From contig NW_027117340.1 of the NCBI RefSeq assembly GCF_038025025.1, positions 1,798,001 through 1,862,000 on the forward strand: DNA of 64,000 nt. Reading direction: 5' to 3'. Source of the stretch: Phyllosticta citribraziliensis (Eukaryota). Of the stretch, positions 21,728 through 35,818 are shown piece after piece; the first letter of the stretch is position 1; each line of letters starts with the position of its first letter. The position numbers were made by a program, and so were the translations under genes. The notes beneath the pieces were generated by a model that searched no databases, had not been told where the DNA came from, and saw only the letters and a list, made by a program, of their open reading frames with translations.

Positions 21728-23208
21728 TTACCTGTCGACCTCACCAAACACCAAATCCATGGTACCGATAATGGCGACAGCGTCGGCAAGCAAGTGTCCT
21801 CTTGAGACTTGGTCGAAGCAGCCCAAATGAGCGAAGCCCGGTGCCCTGATCTTGCATCGGTATGGCCTCTCGCTGCCGTCGCTGACGAGGAAGACACCCA
21901 TCTCTCCCTTTGGCGCCTCAATTGCGCTGTACGTCTCTCCTGGCGGGACAGTGTAGCCCTTGCTGTAGAGCAAAAAGTGGTGAATGAGAGCCTCCATGTT
22001 CTCCTTCATCGCGGCCCTGGGTGGTGGGGCAATCTTGTAGTCCTCGACCTTGACCGGACCAGCGGGCATTTTGTTGAGACATTGGTGGATGATGCGGAGC
22101 GATTGGCGGAATTCCTCCATGCGGCAGAGATAACGGTCGTAGCAGTCGCCGTTCTGGCCAACGGGGACGTCAAATTCAACTTGATCGTAGGCGTCATAGG
22201 GCTGGCTCTTGCGCACGTCCCAAGGAACACCCGACCCACGAAGCATGACACCAGTGAAGCTGTAGTTCAGAGCATCAGCCGCGCTGACGACGCCAACTCC
22301 TTGTGTTCTTCCGACCCAAATACGGTTGTCCGTTAGGAGTTCTTCTGTCTCGTCGATGCGGTCGCCGAACTGGGTCGCCCATTGATAAATGTCGTCGAGG
22401 AGACCGAGGGGCAAGTCCTGGCTGACGCCACCGGGGCGGACGTAGGCAGCGTGAAGACGGGCACCAGAAACGCGCTCGTAAAATTCCTGAAAAGCATCAA
22501 TCTCACGTAAATCAAAGCATTGGCGCACCGGAAAAGGCCGGAGCTTACCATGAGCTTTTCGCGCTCCTCGAAGCCCCACAAGAAGGGCGTTAGCGCACCA
22601 ACGTCCATTGCGTGCGATAAGACCGACATCAAGTGGTTCAAGATGCGGGTGATTTCTCCAAACAGCGTCCGAATCCATTTGGCGCGCTCAGGAACCTCAA
22701 TGTTGAGCAGCTTCTCGACAGCAAGAGAGTAACATTGTTCATTCGTCATCATGGAGACATAGTCCAGGCGATCGAAGTAGGGCAACGCTTGCAGATATGT
22801 CCGGTATTCGATAAGCTTCTCGGTGCCTCTGTGAAGCAGGCCAACGTGTGGATCCGCCCGGACAATCTGTTCACCATTGAGTTCGAGAATCAAACGCAAC
22901 ACGCCGTGCGCAGCAGGGTGCTGAGGTCCAAAGTTGACAGTGTAGTGGCGCACTTTGCGCTTGCCCGCCTCGCCGACGTCGATTTCACTCTCCATTGGTT
23001 TGAAGTCGGCATCTGCGCTGACCAGGCGCGTTCCGGGCGGTCCACCTTCGAGACTCTCGGTCGCATACTGCGCATAGTGGCGGGGAAGGGAGGTCGAGAG
23101 GCAGCGGGCCGAACGGAGCTGGTGTGGGAGGGCAGTGCGTGGCGTCTGGGAGTGGAGGCACATACGCCGGGCCGTCTGGCCAGCAAAACGAGCAAAGGAA
23201 ACAGGCAT
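21728..23208 (-). CDS. NDUFS2: NADH:ubiquinone oxidoreductase 49 kDa subunit (complex I), mitochondrial precursor
   Basis: Motifs [29 protein letters not shown] and C-terminal [12 protein letters not shown]. Arg-rich presequence. Intron 22487-22548. Confidence 0.98.
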
Positions 23209-23461
23209 TGTTGCTTCTGAGCAACGCCAGACCCTATGCAACAAGAGAGTCGGTTGAAGATGGAAAGGGTGAGTGGAGAGGTGATGATGGAGGTGCAACT
23301 TAGTAAAGCGAATGATGAGGTCGACGATTGGATTGCCCGAGGGCGGTGAAACCTGGGGCGGCAGAATCGCGGCTTCCGCCCGCGCCATCACAACTCGGAA
23401 CTTTTTTCGACACTGCTGCTTCTGGCTGTCCTACCACTTTTGCACTCTTGCCGCCACCAAC

Positions 23462-24746
23462 ATGGGACAATTCCGAGAGCCGACCAAGGAGGAGCTTGAG
23501 AGGCGCAGGGTACGTCCGCTCCTCATTGCAGCTGAATCTTCTAATCCGTGCAAAGCTTGTCGGCGTTCACGCTGAGCACGTCTCAGACATCACCTCGACC
23601 GATTTCCCGGGCCACTACCCCGGTGAGGACCACAAGTGGGACCTCGAGAAGTTCAAGAAAGTAGGCGCATCACCTCTCAGCTCCACAGCGCTCGGCTGAC
23701 TCGGCGCAGAGCTTCAATGTCGAATTCCACAAGCACGAGCAGTACGACACTCAGTTTTCCCTCGTCGGCATCGACACCGCCGTCGCGAACGCCTTCCGTC
23801 GTATCATGATTGCCGAGATCCCTACCATAGCCATCGAGGATGTATACGTCATGAGAAACACCTCCATCATCCAGGACGAGGTGTTGGCCCACCGTATGGG
23901 TCTTATCCCGCTCAAGGGTAACCCCGAGGCAATCAAGCAAATGAAGTGGTACAAGAAGAAGACTCCGGGAACAGACGAGGAGGACGACCAGCGTACGGAT
24001 TACAACACTGTCGTCCTCGAACTGGAAGCTGCCTGCGAATGGCACCCGGAGGGAAAAAACATGGCGCGAAAGGGAGAGACGGATCCCAAGAAGATCTTCA
24101 TCAACTCGAGTGGTGCGGAAAGCATTGCCCCATCACTAGCACTTCTGCTGACTTTGCTCCAGTCTATGCTCACCAGATCAAATTCCTTCCTCATGGCAAA
24201 CAGGTGCAGCTTTTCGCCGGCGAAAACGCCATCCAGCCAGCGTACCCAGACATTTTGATCGCGAAACTGCGGCCTGGTCAGTCAATCAACCTCTCGATGC
24301 ACTGTGTCAAGGGAATAGGCGCCGACCACACCAAATTCTCTCCCGTTGCGACCGCCACGTACCGCTTGCTGCCGCATATCCAAATCACCAAGCCCATCAT
24401 TGGCGCTGATGCGCACAAGTTCGCGCGATGCTTCCCTCCCGGCGTCATTGAAGAAGTTCCAGTTACCAAGGAAGAGGCCAGGCAAACAGGCAGCGGATAC
24501 GAGGGACACGAGGGCGAACCCAAGGCAGTTGTGAAGAACCCGTTCAAGGACACGGTAACAAGGGAATGCTTGCGCCACGACGAGTTCAAGGACAAAGTCA
24601 ATCTGGGGCGTGTGCGGGACCACTTCATCTTCAGCGTCGAAAGCACAGGCCAGTTTGATTCGGACGACATCTTCATCCAGAGTGTCAAGGCTCTCAAGAC
24701 CAAGTGTCAAATCATGAAGAAGAACATGGAAAACTTGATGAGGTAG
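23462..24746 (+). CDS. RPC40: RNA polymerase I/III shared subunit AC40
   Basis: Motifs GIDTAVANAFRRIMIAEIPTIAIE, NTSIIQDEVLAHRMGLIP, ILIAKLRPGQ, KFSPVATATYRLLP, DHFIFSVESTG. Three introns. Confidence 0.97.
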
Positions 24747-25466
24747 TTTGGAAAGTCTCCAATCTCATCATGTTTCATTGAGCCTTGCATAGCTACGGTG
24801 TTTTGGAGTTGGACAGGAGTTTTTGCGTGGATTCTAGGCCAGGTTAGGTAGGATTCTGGTTGTTTCAAAAATCTGATATCCACGGTCAGATAGAGTGTGG
24901 AGCTCATGGTTAAAGCCATGGGTGACCCCTCGTATCACTCGAGGTCATTGAGGCCTGTCTCATTTGATAGCAAGCAAAAGGTCTGAAGGCATCCACTTTA
25001 TACATTACCGATACCTGAGTGTCTGTACAAGAAGCAAACAAGGCTGAAGATTGCAACCAAAAAAGCCAGCTCCAAACATGCGTGCGCCTAATTCCAAGGT
25101 GGGTGAATGCTTGCCATTGACAGTCATTGCTATAAGCCACGCATGAAACCTTGCTAGCCACGACCAGGCCCGACACCATACACCCAATTTATCCCAACCA
25201 TCACTGCCCGATGTCCCCAGTGCAGTCAATCAGTCAGTCAACTATGATGCGGCCAGCCGCTCCTCCCGGGCCCAAAGAAAAATTGTACAGCGAAGAAAGT
25301 CTAAAGAAAACCTCCCGGGAAAAGCAGGCCGGTAGTTTTTCGAGGTAAAGGTGGTGATGAGCCAAGACACGTCTGCTCAAACACGAAGGCGAGACGAGAT
25401 GTTTGCAGAGCGCGACCGATAGTCGGAAAGGTCCTAAACACGCACCACAATGCAGGTGGCCCATCA

Positions 25467-26923
25467 TCAAAGGTCACCCAAAGCCTTGGCTCGCAGCTCC
25501 TCATACTTGGTTCCATCCCACCTCTGGCGCTGCCAGCCCCTCTCCCTGCCCCTAAGGATGCGGGCAGCGCGCTCTTCATCGCTCATGTTGCGGCTGACCG
25601 GCTCGGGCACAGTAACAGGGTGGGAGGAGCCGTGTGCGGCGGCAGCAGCAGCAGGGCTAGAGGATGCGACCAGGTGCTTGCGCGAGAGCTGCACCGAGTC
25701 GACGTGGCCCAGCAGCATGGCATGGAAGGCGGCCAGCTCGGCGTTGTAGCGCTGCACGCGGGCACGGTGCTGCTCGGAGCGCTGGGCATGGGGCGAGTCG
25801 TCGTCTTGGGCCAGGCGCGCGCGCAGGGCGCTGTCCATGAAGCCGGGGTGCTGGTGATCGGGGGTCGTGGGGATGGCGGCCATCGTCGTCGTGCTGTTGT
25901 ACGTGGGACGCGGGCCGACGGGGGGAGACGTGGCTGTCTGCGTGCGCTGGTGCGTCGGCGTCTTCAGGATGGGCGCGAGAGGTGTCTTGTCAAAGGGTGG
26001 TGTCATGGGCGGCGGCTCGATTGATTGCGGACGCGACCTAAATGCAGTGGGCGAGCCGGGGAGCTTCTCTTGGTCCAGTTGCTGAGAGGAGCGGTTCTTG
26101 CGGATGCGGAGAGGCGAGGGCTTCTTGACGCTGGGGTGAGCTGCATAGTCGCTGTCGGAGAAGGCGTCGACGTGACTCTTGAGGCCACTGATCCAGGAGA
26201 AGACCGAGAGAACAGAGTCGCGGCGAGCGTCACGGGCAGTAGGCGTGCGCTCTTCCGATTTGCTCTCATGCTGATTCTCCTTCATCGCCGTACCGTCGGA
26301 ATGCTTCAACTGGGCACCAACAAGACTGGTGCTCGTGAAGTGCACCTTAGTTGTCTTCGTGGGCTCATAGTCCTTTTCAATTGAGGTGGGCGCGGGTAGA
26401 GTCGTCAAGGCCTTTTGGTAGAGCTCTCCGGCTTGCTCGAGCATTGGGTCCTTGGCTCTCGACCGATTGTGCATGCTCCGGGCAAGTGTGTCGTAGGACA
26501 CTGCAGCGTAGAAGAAGAGGTAAGATCTGACGAGAGGATGAGCCTGAATTGATGAATGTCAGATCATGATCAATGCGGTCAAGTTTCAAGGGAACAAACA
26601 TCGCGACACTTCTCGTCCAAAAGCTTGGTGCAATTGATGGCACACTGCCTGTAGCGGCGCTCGAAGTAGAGGTGCTTGACGGAGTTCAGCGACTTGCGCA
26701 GGTCCTGCTCGTTCTTGTTGCCAGTCGCATTGGGGAGCTTGAACTTGGGAGCGCCCAGAGGACTGCAGGCGCTGAACGAAAAGCTCTCCATTGCCGCCAC
26801 AGCAGCAGCTGACAGGTTTGGCGAACGGTCGACAGAGGCGACTGGGGTCGACATGTTCCTGTTCATGTTGAGGCGTGTCTTTGTTGTTGTTCCGTTGCTA
26901 GGAGCAATTGTCAAGGTAGACAT
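25467..26923 (-). CDS. Fungal hypothetical protein with helical N- and C-terminal segments and a Ser/Pro-rich middle
   Basis: ORFs 26579-27013 and 25467-26501 join in frame through intron 26544-26599 (GTTTGT..CTGAC..CAG). Strong coding-type codon usage. C-terminus RILRGRERGWQRQRWDGTKYEELRAKALGDL. Start Met uncertain. Confidence 0.8.
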
Positions 26924-28296
26924 GGTGGTCCAGATGAAGCACTGAGCGCGGTGCGGGACCGTCTTGGGGGGACCAACGACTATCCACGAAATTCTCCTCG
27001 AGCCAAGGCACAAAGGCAGCTTTGCATGAAATACTAGCCAAACAGAGGAGCGTGACTGCCAGCTGGTTCAGCTCAATGATGGGCGCTACGCGGCTGTCTC
27101 GGGTCCCGAAACTACAGTGTTGTCACTAGTTGCTGTTCTTACGGTTTTGGAGTTGTGCCCCAAGGCAGCCTTGTTTTGTTACAGGTGAATCCGTGTGAAG
27201 GCGGTTCTGAAGGCTCCAATTAGCAGTTGAAACACTGTTGGATGTCATGGTAGCTAACCGGACGTGGATTTGCATTGAAGTCTTGGGAAACGGTTTGGTG
27301 ATGGCTCAGATGTCAGCGTACAGCTATATCCCTGCCTGATTCGACGGATGAAGCATGAGCTTACGCCGCGGCGGCATGGAAGCTCCGAATTTTTCTAGCC
27401 AATGGATTTAGCTCCGCAAGACTGGCAAGCGACTCGTATCGCATATGGGCTGGACTGCAAACAAGCTTCTCCATGATTCGCTTTGGCCCGAAAATACATG
27501 CACGAAAAAAGACTATATGGAAATGGTGGAGCCCAGGCGAACCATGCGAATGTGGATAGGACGGACAAAAGGCCTTTGACGCTTGAGTCGTAGTCGTCCG
27601 AAACGCATTCTAGGTATTGTCCCGTTTCGAATGCTTACTTACCTACGTGGCATGGGCGAAGGTCCTTGTGCTGTGCCAACGTCTCTCGCAAGAGAAGTTT
27701 CCCTGTCTACCCGGTCACGATGACGTTGCGTTGGGACGCGGCCTTCTTTCCCGTGAGCCAGGCCATGCCACCAGCAGCCGACAAGGCTAAAATAAAACTT
27801 GAGTTCAAGACAAACTGGGGGACAATGGCTTGGCCCTCTGTGATGATCGAATGCTTGGGAATAGAACAGCCCAGATGTTTCAAGGACAGTCTTATGTCAT
27901 CCGGCATTCCTCCTGCCCGAGTGGAATTCTTGTTGGATTTTTACGGCTCGAAATTCCCCAGGCGATGGTGGATAATGATACAGCAGGGTGTTATTATTCC
28001 CGGAAGCCAATGAACGGTGATAGCGAGGCCTCTTGGGAATGCCAGATCCGATTGTCTGGTCTATGGGTCTTGGTCGATTTGCCCGGACTTGGGCTTCTAT
28101 CAGTGAATCGCTTCCGTGGCAGCACAGCATGAACCTGGAAATTATCGGGTACAACAGCCACAGAATCATGAGATCGAACAGGCGAATACTTTACCAACAT
28201 GAGATATCAGAAGCGCTGGTTGTATTCTACGTACACATCAAGTGCCTTGATCGAGCTCCAGCTAATGCAGCATTGAGATTACCAAGTGCCAACCAT

Positions 28297-29448
28297 CTAT
28301 TCCTCAGAAGCAGCGGCACCAGTGATAATTTCAACCAGCTCACCAGTGATGACGGCCTGACGAGTGCGGTTGAAGAGAATCTGGAACTTGGTGATCATGT
28401 CACCGGCGTTCTTGGAGGCATTCTGAAGATGAAAACGTCAGCTCAGGCCCCCGCTGGTAGTTACGAATTCTACTTACGTCCATGGCATTGCGGCGAGCGG
28501 ACTGCTCGCAAGCGTGGCCCTCGGCCAGAGCCTAAAAATTATTAGCCTCATCTGTCCGACCCAGGATCATCTGTCAACTTTACCCAGAATAACGAGTTAG
28601 CCAGGGCATATTCACGAAGGTTACCAACGACCTCCTCGTCAAGCTCAAAGGCAGAGATGTTGCCTGCGGAATATCAGTGATGGCCCTTTCCAGACGGAAT
28701 TCCACTACTAACTCGACTGCAGGATGGCGTCCTCGGAGTGAGCATCAATGATGGTGGGCTCGTAGCTCTGAGCGTTGACAAACTTGTTGTAAAGAATCTG
28801 GACCGAGTCGTATTTGCCGGGCAAAAGAGAGACCTGGTCCGCAATGGCCTGGGCGTCCGCGAAGGTAGGAACGTCCTTTCCGACACCGGCGAAGCTGAGC
28901 TGAATGTTCTTGGCGCTACCTCTGGAAAGTTGCGCCTTGCACTTCTCGCCGAGGATGACGAGCTCGGTGTTGGGCTGCTGGGAAAGCAGCTTGCGGGTAA
29001 ACCTGGACAGACCAGAGTGGATACCACCGCAGAGACCCTTGTCAGAGCTGCAGACAATCAAGAGGGACTTCTTGTTCTCCGACTCGGTCGGCTTGGTCTC
29101 AGCCTTCTCGAAGACTTCGTTTGAGGTGTTTCCGTAGACGCGCGAAGACTCCATGGCCCTGGTAGCACGGGTGAGCTTGGTCGAGGCGACGATTTTCATG
29201 GTCTTGGTGATCTTTTCGATGTTGCGGATCGACTTGAGACGGCCCTCGATTTCGCGGAGCGTGGCATAGCCAGCGCTGGGGGCGACATTGAAGGTCGCAG
29301 GCCTGCCAATTGCGAGGTAACGTTAGCATCGGGATGGCAATTGATGTCGAGAGCCGGGCAGAGGGAGGGGTGTTGAGGGTCGAGAGGCATACTGGGCGGC
29401 GATGGCGGCGGCGCGCAGGGCCGGACGGGCAGCCCTCGAGAGCATCAT
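28297..29448 (-). CDS. ATP3: Mitochondrial F1 ATP synthase gamma subunit
   Basis: Motifs [59 protein letters not shown]. Several introns. Confidence 0.98.
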
Positions 29449-29940
29449 GGCGGCCGTAGACGTGGCGGAGGGGAGATGGATGGAGGCGATGGCTGCAAGG
29501 TTGAGGTGCTCCGGCTAAGAGGACGGACGAAGAAGCTGTGATGCTCGCGTCGTGCCTCACCCAAGCGTGATTTCCAAGGTTCCGTTCCGTTAGCGTCCTT
29601 GTCACGTGTCCGGCCTCCGGCATGCCCTGCACTGGCTTGCCCTGTTAAGCCAGTACCTCTTCTCTCTCTTCTTCCTCCCTCTTTTCTTCCCCCCAATCCT
29701 CTTCGCTCACGTCCACTCCGCCCTCTACTGCTCGCCACCATCCACCGCCTGTCGACCTTGTTCCTGGTGCGCGTAGGCTTCCGCAGCCGCCTGCCCACCA
29801 ACCTTCCTCATCCGACACCATCAACCTCGCGCATCTTTGCTCGACTCGGCGCCACCCACCGCGCCGTTGCAGCTGAGCGAAGACTTCGACTCGAGCTCCC
29901 ACCCGCCCCCAACGTCCAGCGACGTCGACAGCCTCGCACC

Positions 29941-32925
29941 ATGTCTGCCTCCGACAGCGATACGCCGCTCGTCAAGGGCAAGACCAATGGAGGTACGTCT
30001 CGTCTCACTGCGCTCGGCTGAGGCGCACCCTCACTTCGCTGTCCACCCTCCCAAGACAGGCGCGTGCCTCGACTTCACTCACACTCCCTCGCGCAATCCA
30101 TCTCATCATTGCAATTCAACTGACATGACCCCAGCCGTTTCTACGAGCACCATTCCCAAGAGCGGCGACCGACACATGGACAAGGAAACAACCGTCTCCA
30201 ACGGCCAACTCGAGCCCGGCCTCTCCATTCGCAACGGACCTGTCGAGCAAATGGACGTAGACGGTTCAGCTACGAATGGAGCAATGAACGGCAAGCGCAA
30301 ATCCCGCGCCAGCATCAATGGTGCATGCTACAAGGAAGCCTCGAGCTCTTCGGACGATGACGACGATAAGCCTCTGGTGCGTCCTCTCACCCCCGTTTGA
30401 TTTCCTCCGCTGACTCTTCCTCCAGAGCAAGCGGCGCAAGACGACCGTTCCAAAGGACACCTCCGCGGGCGCGTCGGATTCCAACAGTGATGCCCCTCTG
30501 GCCCGCAATGCTGTCAAGAAGCCGCCGAAGGTGAAGCCCGAAGATGTCGGAGAGTCTGACTCGGACCAGCCGCTCGGAAAGAAGCTCGTCGCTGCAAAAA
30601 AGAAGATCGAGAACCAAGCGGAGAAGGAGGCCAAAGCCATCCGGGCCCAAGAGCGCAAAACTAGCGTCAGCAAAAGGAAGCCGAAGAAGGTCGAGAGCGA
30701 GAGCGACGATGACCTTCCTCTTGCAAAGAAGAAGAAGCCCGCGGCCAGGAAGGCTTCCAACGGCGTCAAAAAGGAAGAGTCGGACGACGATGTTCCTCTG
30801 AGCAAAAAGGCCCCGGCTGCCAAAAAGGGTGCTGCAGCCAAGACTCAAGCACCGGCCAAGAAGGCTGCCAAGGGCAAGGCTGTCAAGAAGGAAGAAACTG
30901 AGCAGGATGAGGAGGCAGAACTGGAGGAGGATGAGTACAGGTGGTGGGAAGCGCCCAATAAAGACGACGGAAGCGTCAAATGGACAACACTTGAGCACAA
31001 CGGCGTCGTCTTCCCTCCTGAATACGAACCGCTTCCCGGCCACATCAAGATGAAATACAACGGCGTTCCGGTTTCCCTCCACAAGGATGCGGAAGAGGTT
31101 GCCACATTCTTCGGCTCAATGCTCAACTCGACACACAACGTGGAGAACCCTACCTTCCAGAAAAACTTTTTTCACGACTTCAAAGAGGTCCTGGACAAGA
31201 CTGGCCATGCCAAGGGTCCCAAGGGCGAAAAGATCAAAATTGAAAAGTTCGACAAGTGCGACTTTCATGACATCTTCGCATACTACGATGCCCAACGTGA
31301 GGCCAAGAAGGCGTTGCCTGCGGCTGAGAAGAAGGCTCTGAAGGCCGCCAAAGACGAAGCCGAAGCTCCCTACATGTTCTGCATGTGGGACGGCCGCAAG
31401 CAAAAGGTCGGAAACTTCCGCGTTGAGCCTCCTGGACTGTTTCGTGGGCGTGGCGACCACCCCAAAACGGGCAAGGTCAAGAAGAGGGTCCTGCCAGAGC
31501 AAATCACTATCAACATTGGCAAAGAAGCCCGAGTCCCGCCGGCGCCTGCCGGTCACAAGTGGAAGGAAGTGAAGCACGATCAGACTGGAACTTGGCTCGC
31601 CATGTGGCAGGAAAACATCAACTTGGCCTACAAGTACGTCATGTTGGCCGCCAACTCGGACATCAAGGGTCAGAGCGACTACAAGAAGTTCGAAAAGGCC
31701 AGGGAGTTGAAGAAGCACATCGACAAGATCCGCAAGGACTACACGCGCGACCTCAAGTCCGAAGTCATGGCTGACCGACAGCGCGCCACTGCTGTCTACC
31801 TCATCGACAAGTTTGCACTGCGTGCGGGTAACGAGAAGGGCGAGGACGAAGCCGACACGGTCGGATGCTGCTCACTCAAGTTCGAGAACGTCACGCTCAA
31901 GCCGCCGAACAAGGTTGTCTTCGACTTCCTTGGAAAGGACAGCATCAGGTTCTACGACGAAGTCGAGGTCGACGCTCAGGTGTTCAAAAACCTCAAGATC
32001 TTCAAGAAAGCACCCAAGAAAGACGGCGACGAGATCTTTGATAGATTGACGACTTCTGGCCTCAACAAGTACCTCAGCACGTACATGCCCGGTCTGACTG
32101 CCAAGGTGTTCCGTACCTACAACGCGTCTTACACCATGTCGAATCTGCTCAAGGAGATGAAGTCGACGGGAACGATTGCGGAGAAGGTCAAGGACTACAA
32201 CGAGGCCAACCGCAAGGTGGCAATTCTCTGCAACCACAAGCGCACTGTCGCGGCCAGCCATGCAGCGTCGATTGAGAAGATGCAGGAGAAGATTAACGGT
32301 CTTCGGTACCAGCAGTGGCGGATCAAGCAGATGATGATCGACCTCGATCCCAAGCTCAAGAAGAAGAAGGGCGCCGAGTACTTTGCGCTACCCGATGACT
32401 TGACGCAGGAGTGGGTCGAGACGCACCAGAAGGCGCTGGTTGAGGAGCAGCGGGAGAAGATTCGGAAGAAGTTTGAAAAAGACAACGAAAAAAGGATTGC
32501 CGACGGAGAGAAGGAGATGAAGCCCAAGGAGCTCGACGAGCGTCTCGAAGTGGCGGACGAGATGGAGAAGAAGTTCAAAAAAGAAAACAAGACCGGCAAG
32601 GTCGAAGCCGAGGGCAAGGGCGCGACTGTGGAGAAGCTGGAGGGCCAGGTGGAGAAGCTCCACACTCGCATCGAGACGATGAAGGTCCAGATGGAAGACA
32701 AGGACAACAACAAGGAAGTCGCGCTGGGCACCTCCAAGATTGTGAGTTTTTGGCGTGCGGCAGGCGTGGACGATTGCTAACGTTGGGCAGAACTACATTG
32801 ACCCCCGCCTCACGGTCGTCTTCAACAAGAAGTTCAACGTGCCGATTGAGCGCTTCTTCTCCAAGACGCTGCGTGAGAAGTTCGACTGGGCCATCAAGTC
32901 GGTCGACGAAAACTGGGAATTTTGA
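29941..32925 (+). CDS. TOP1: DNA topoisomerase I (type IB)
   Basis: Motifs [52 protein letters not shown]. The catalytic GTSKI|NYIDPR is split by intron 32742-32790. Two 5' introns. Confidence 0.99.
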
Positions 32926-34357
32926 TTTGGACACATTATTAGACAAAGACAGTTGCTTTGACGGAGTTTGCGGAGTCGGTAAGAACGAGCATAGCGGTGA
33001 AGGCAGCGGGCGGGACGAGTGCCTCGTCGGAAAATACCAGGAGCGGTAGCCAAAAGCGAGCGGCCGTGGGGACTGGGTTGCATTGGGGAAGGGTTGATTT
33101 TCGATGCATAGCGAGCAGTGGCACTGAGCCACAGGAGGCGTTTGCTCGAGAGAGGCCAATTGCTGAATATCTGGAGGAACTTTGGTTTAGCGACTCGGCT
33201 GGCGGAAGGACGCGCCCAGTGCCCTCCACACTCTGGGGCAGCAGCCGAGCAGTACATGGACATCTTTATCTGCAGGCACGGGACGATCGTGACGGAAGTC
33301 TCCAAGGCGAGATAGTTGGTGGGATAGTTGAGTGGATATGACTTGCAGGCAAACAACCCGACATAGAGAGAAAAGCAAATGTTCGCCAAGGTCAGTCAGT
33401 CTCCATGTATACATATGTACGCCTTGCAGGATGCATGAGGAATAATAGGTGGATAAGAGCAGAAGGCAGGGGTCCTCGGGGGGGTGCACGTGCTCCCGCC
33501 CTTGAGTAGCATGTGGCACAGCACAACAAGCAATGGATGGAAGAAGGAAAGGAAGACAAATGGTAGGTAGACTGAGCGTGACTAGATGATTTTGACTGGT
33601 GTCAAAAGTCGTCTCTGGAACCTCCCGTAGTCTACACACGCGTACAGATTGTGGATGACGATGATGATTATTGTCCACCGGGGCAGGGGCCGCGTGCTGC
33701 GCTCTCTCATGCTCCCTGCACTGCGCAAACGACGGACGAGAAGCTCAGACGTGATTTTTTACCATGCCCACATGAAACAGCGTGATGCTTCGCCCGTGGA
33801 GAGCAAGGGAGTGAGGCGGCGGTGAGGGCGAGGCTTGTCGAGCTCCAGCACCAGCATCGGGTGGTGGTGTACAGTCGACGGCGGATGCGTGACGCGCACA
33901 AGGAAGCGCGTCGGTTGTGGACTGAACAAATCTTCGCTGCACCTGAGCGACGGCCGCAATGGGCGACGGGGAAATTTGGTGATCTGCTGTCTGTCCTCAG
34001 CGTCAATTAAAGCAATACGCGACCCCCTCCGCTGCCTTCGTCTCGTACCTGAATCATCCCTCCCCTTTGCTGCAACCCGCCTCATCCCAGCGACCCCGAC
34101 ACACTACACCACGGCCGACTGACACTCGCCAATTGTTTCGCTGTTTCAACCTCTCCAAATCCCTTTGCTGCTCTTTAGATTTCTACATTTTCCTCTTGCT
34201 CGACAGCGCCCTCGTTCTCGTCGACAGCTTTCCTTTCCCTGACTTCTGCCCCTCCTCCTCGCCAGCGCCCTCGCCGCCGCCGCTTCGACTCCCGCGACTG
34301 CTCCGGTTCCATCTTTGCCGCAGACTCGAGGCTCTCCTCCTCACGACACTCTCCACC

Positions 34358-35818
34358 ATGGGCGAGCCCGCGGATAAGCCTTCGGTGCTGATTATCGGCG
34401 GCCTCGGTACGTTGCCATCTCCACGCACCTGCCCCTCCTCCACAACCACCACCACCACCACCACCAAGGCCACATGCTAACCCCCCCTCGATCCTGCAGG
34501 CTACATTGGCCGCTTTCTGGCCAAGCACGTCCACGACAACGACCTTGCCTCCGAGGTGCGCATCGTCGACAAGCACCTGCCCGAGCTTGCATGGCTTGCG
34601 CCAGAATTCTCCGAGGCCTGCTCCAAGCAAAAGTTCATGCAGGCAGATGCGTCCCGGGAACGTGAGTGACACGAGGCATCCAAGCGCAAGAGGGTCCGTC
34701 GCTAATGCTCGCCGCCTGGCCCACGCAGAATCTCTCGGCCGCATCTTTGACCGCGAAAACGGACAACCGTGGGACTATGTCTTCAACTGCGGCGGCGAGA
34801 CGCGCTACTCACAGGAAGACGAGGTCTACAAGGTCCGCTCGTACGCGCTCTCCATGGCTGTCGGTCGCGAGGCGGCCAAGCGCAAAGTCAAGTGCTTTGT
34901 CGAGCTGAGCACGGGCATGGTCTACAAGCCAGAAGGCTCGCCGAGAAAGGAGACGGACAAGCTGAAGCCCTGGTTGAAGGTGGCCAAATGGAAACTGCAA
35001 GCTGAGGAGGATCTTTCCAAAGTCGAGGGTCTCAACCTCGTCATAATACGTCTGCCACACGTCTACGGACCCTACACGAGCAAGTTCTTGGCCACGGCGC
35101 TCTGCATGGCAAGAGTCTACCAAGCGTTGGAGAAGGAGATGAAGTGGTTGTGGAAGGACGAGCTGCGGTCCAACACCGTGCACGTCGAGGACGTCAGCAG
35201 AGCGCTGTGGACTGCTGCCAACTGGTACGCGCAAAACAAGAAGACGCAACCCGTCGTCTTCAACATCGTGGACCACACCGACACCTGTAAGTTTGAGCTG
35301 CGCCACAGCCCCAGCCTCCAGCCTCCCTTTTTGCATTTTCTGAGACGCGTTTTGGAAGATGGAATTTGGCAATTTGTCTCGCAATTGTCGCTAATCCTGG
35401 GGTTATAGCGCAAGGCATCCTGGCCAACTTAATACACGAAACCTTCAACATCCCGACCGGTTTCCACGGCACTCTCATCTCGGCATTTGCCCGGCTGAAC
35501 CTGGAACACGTTGTTGACGACGTTAATGACGAGACGCTGGATCCCTGGGCGGACCTGCAAGAAAAGGCGGGCATCTCAAAGTCCGGCCCGCTGAGTCCAT
35601 TCATGGAGAAGGAGCTGCTGAAGGACACGGACCTGAGTCTGGACGGCAGCTTTTTCGAGAAGGAGACTGGATTTGAGTGAGTGCCCATCTTTTTCCCGCG
35701 CGTGGTTGGGCATCAGTAACTAATGGTTGTTTTTAACAGGTACAAACACCCCAAACTGACCAAGGAGGAGCTGGAGAAGGTGATAGAATCGTACAAGCGG
35801 ATGAACTGGTGGCCGTAA
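34358..35818 (+). CDS. NAD-dependent epimerase/dehydratase (extended SDR-like)
   Basis: Rossmann motif VLIIGGLG|YIGRFL, then DYVFNCGGETRY, RLPHVYGP, NTVHVEDVSRA, and end YKRMNWWP. Four introns. Confidence 0.92.

Noticed and set aside
27666..28200. Possible decayed gene between the hypothetical protein and ATP3
   Set aside because: Fragmentary ORFs with no recognisable homology.
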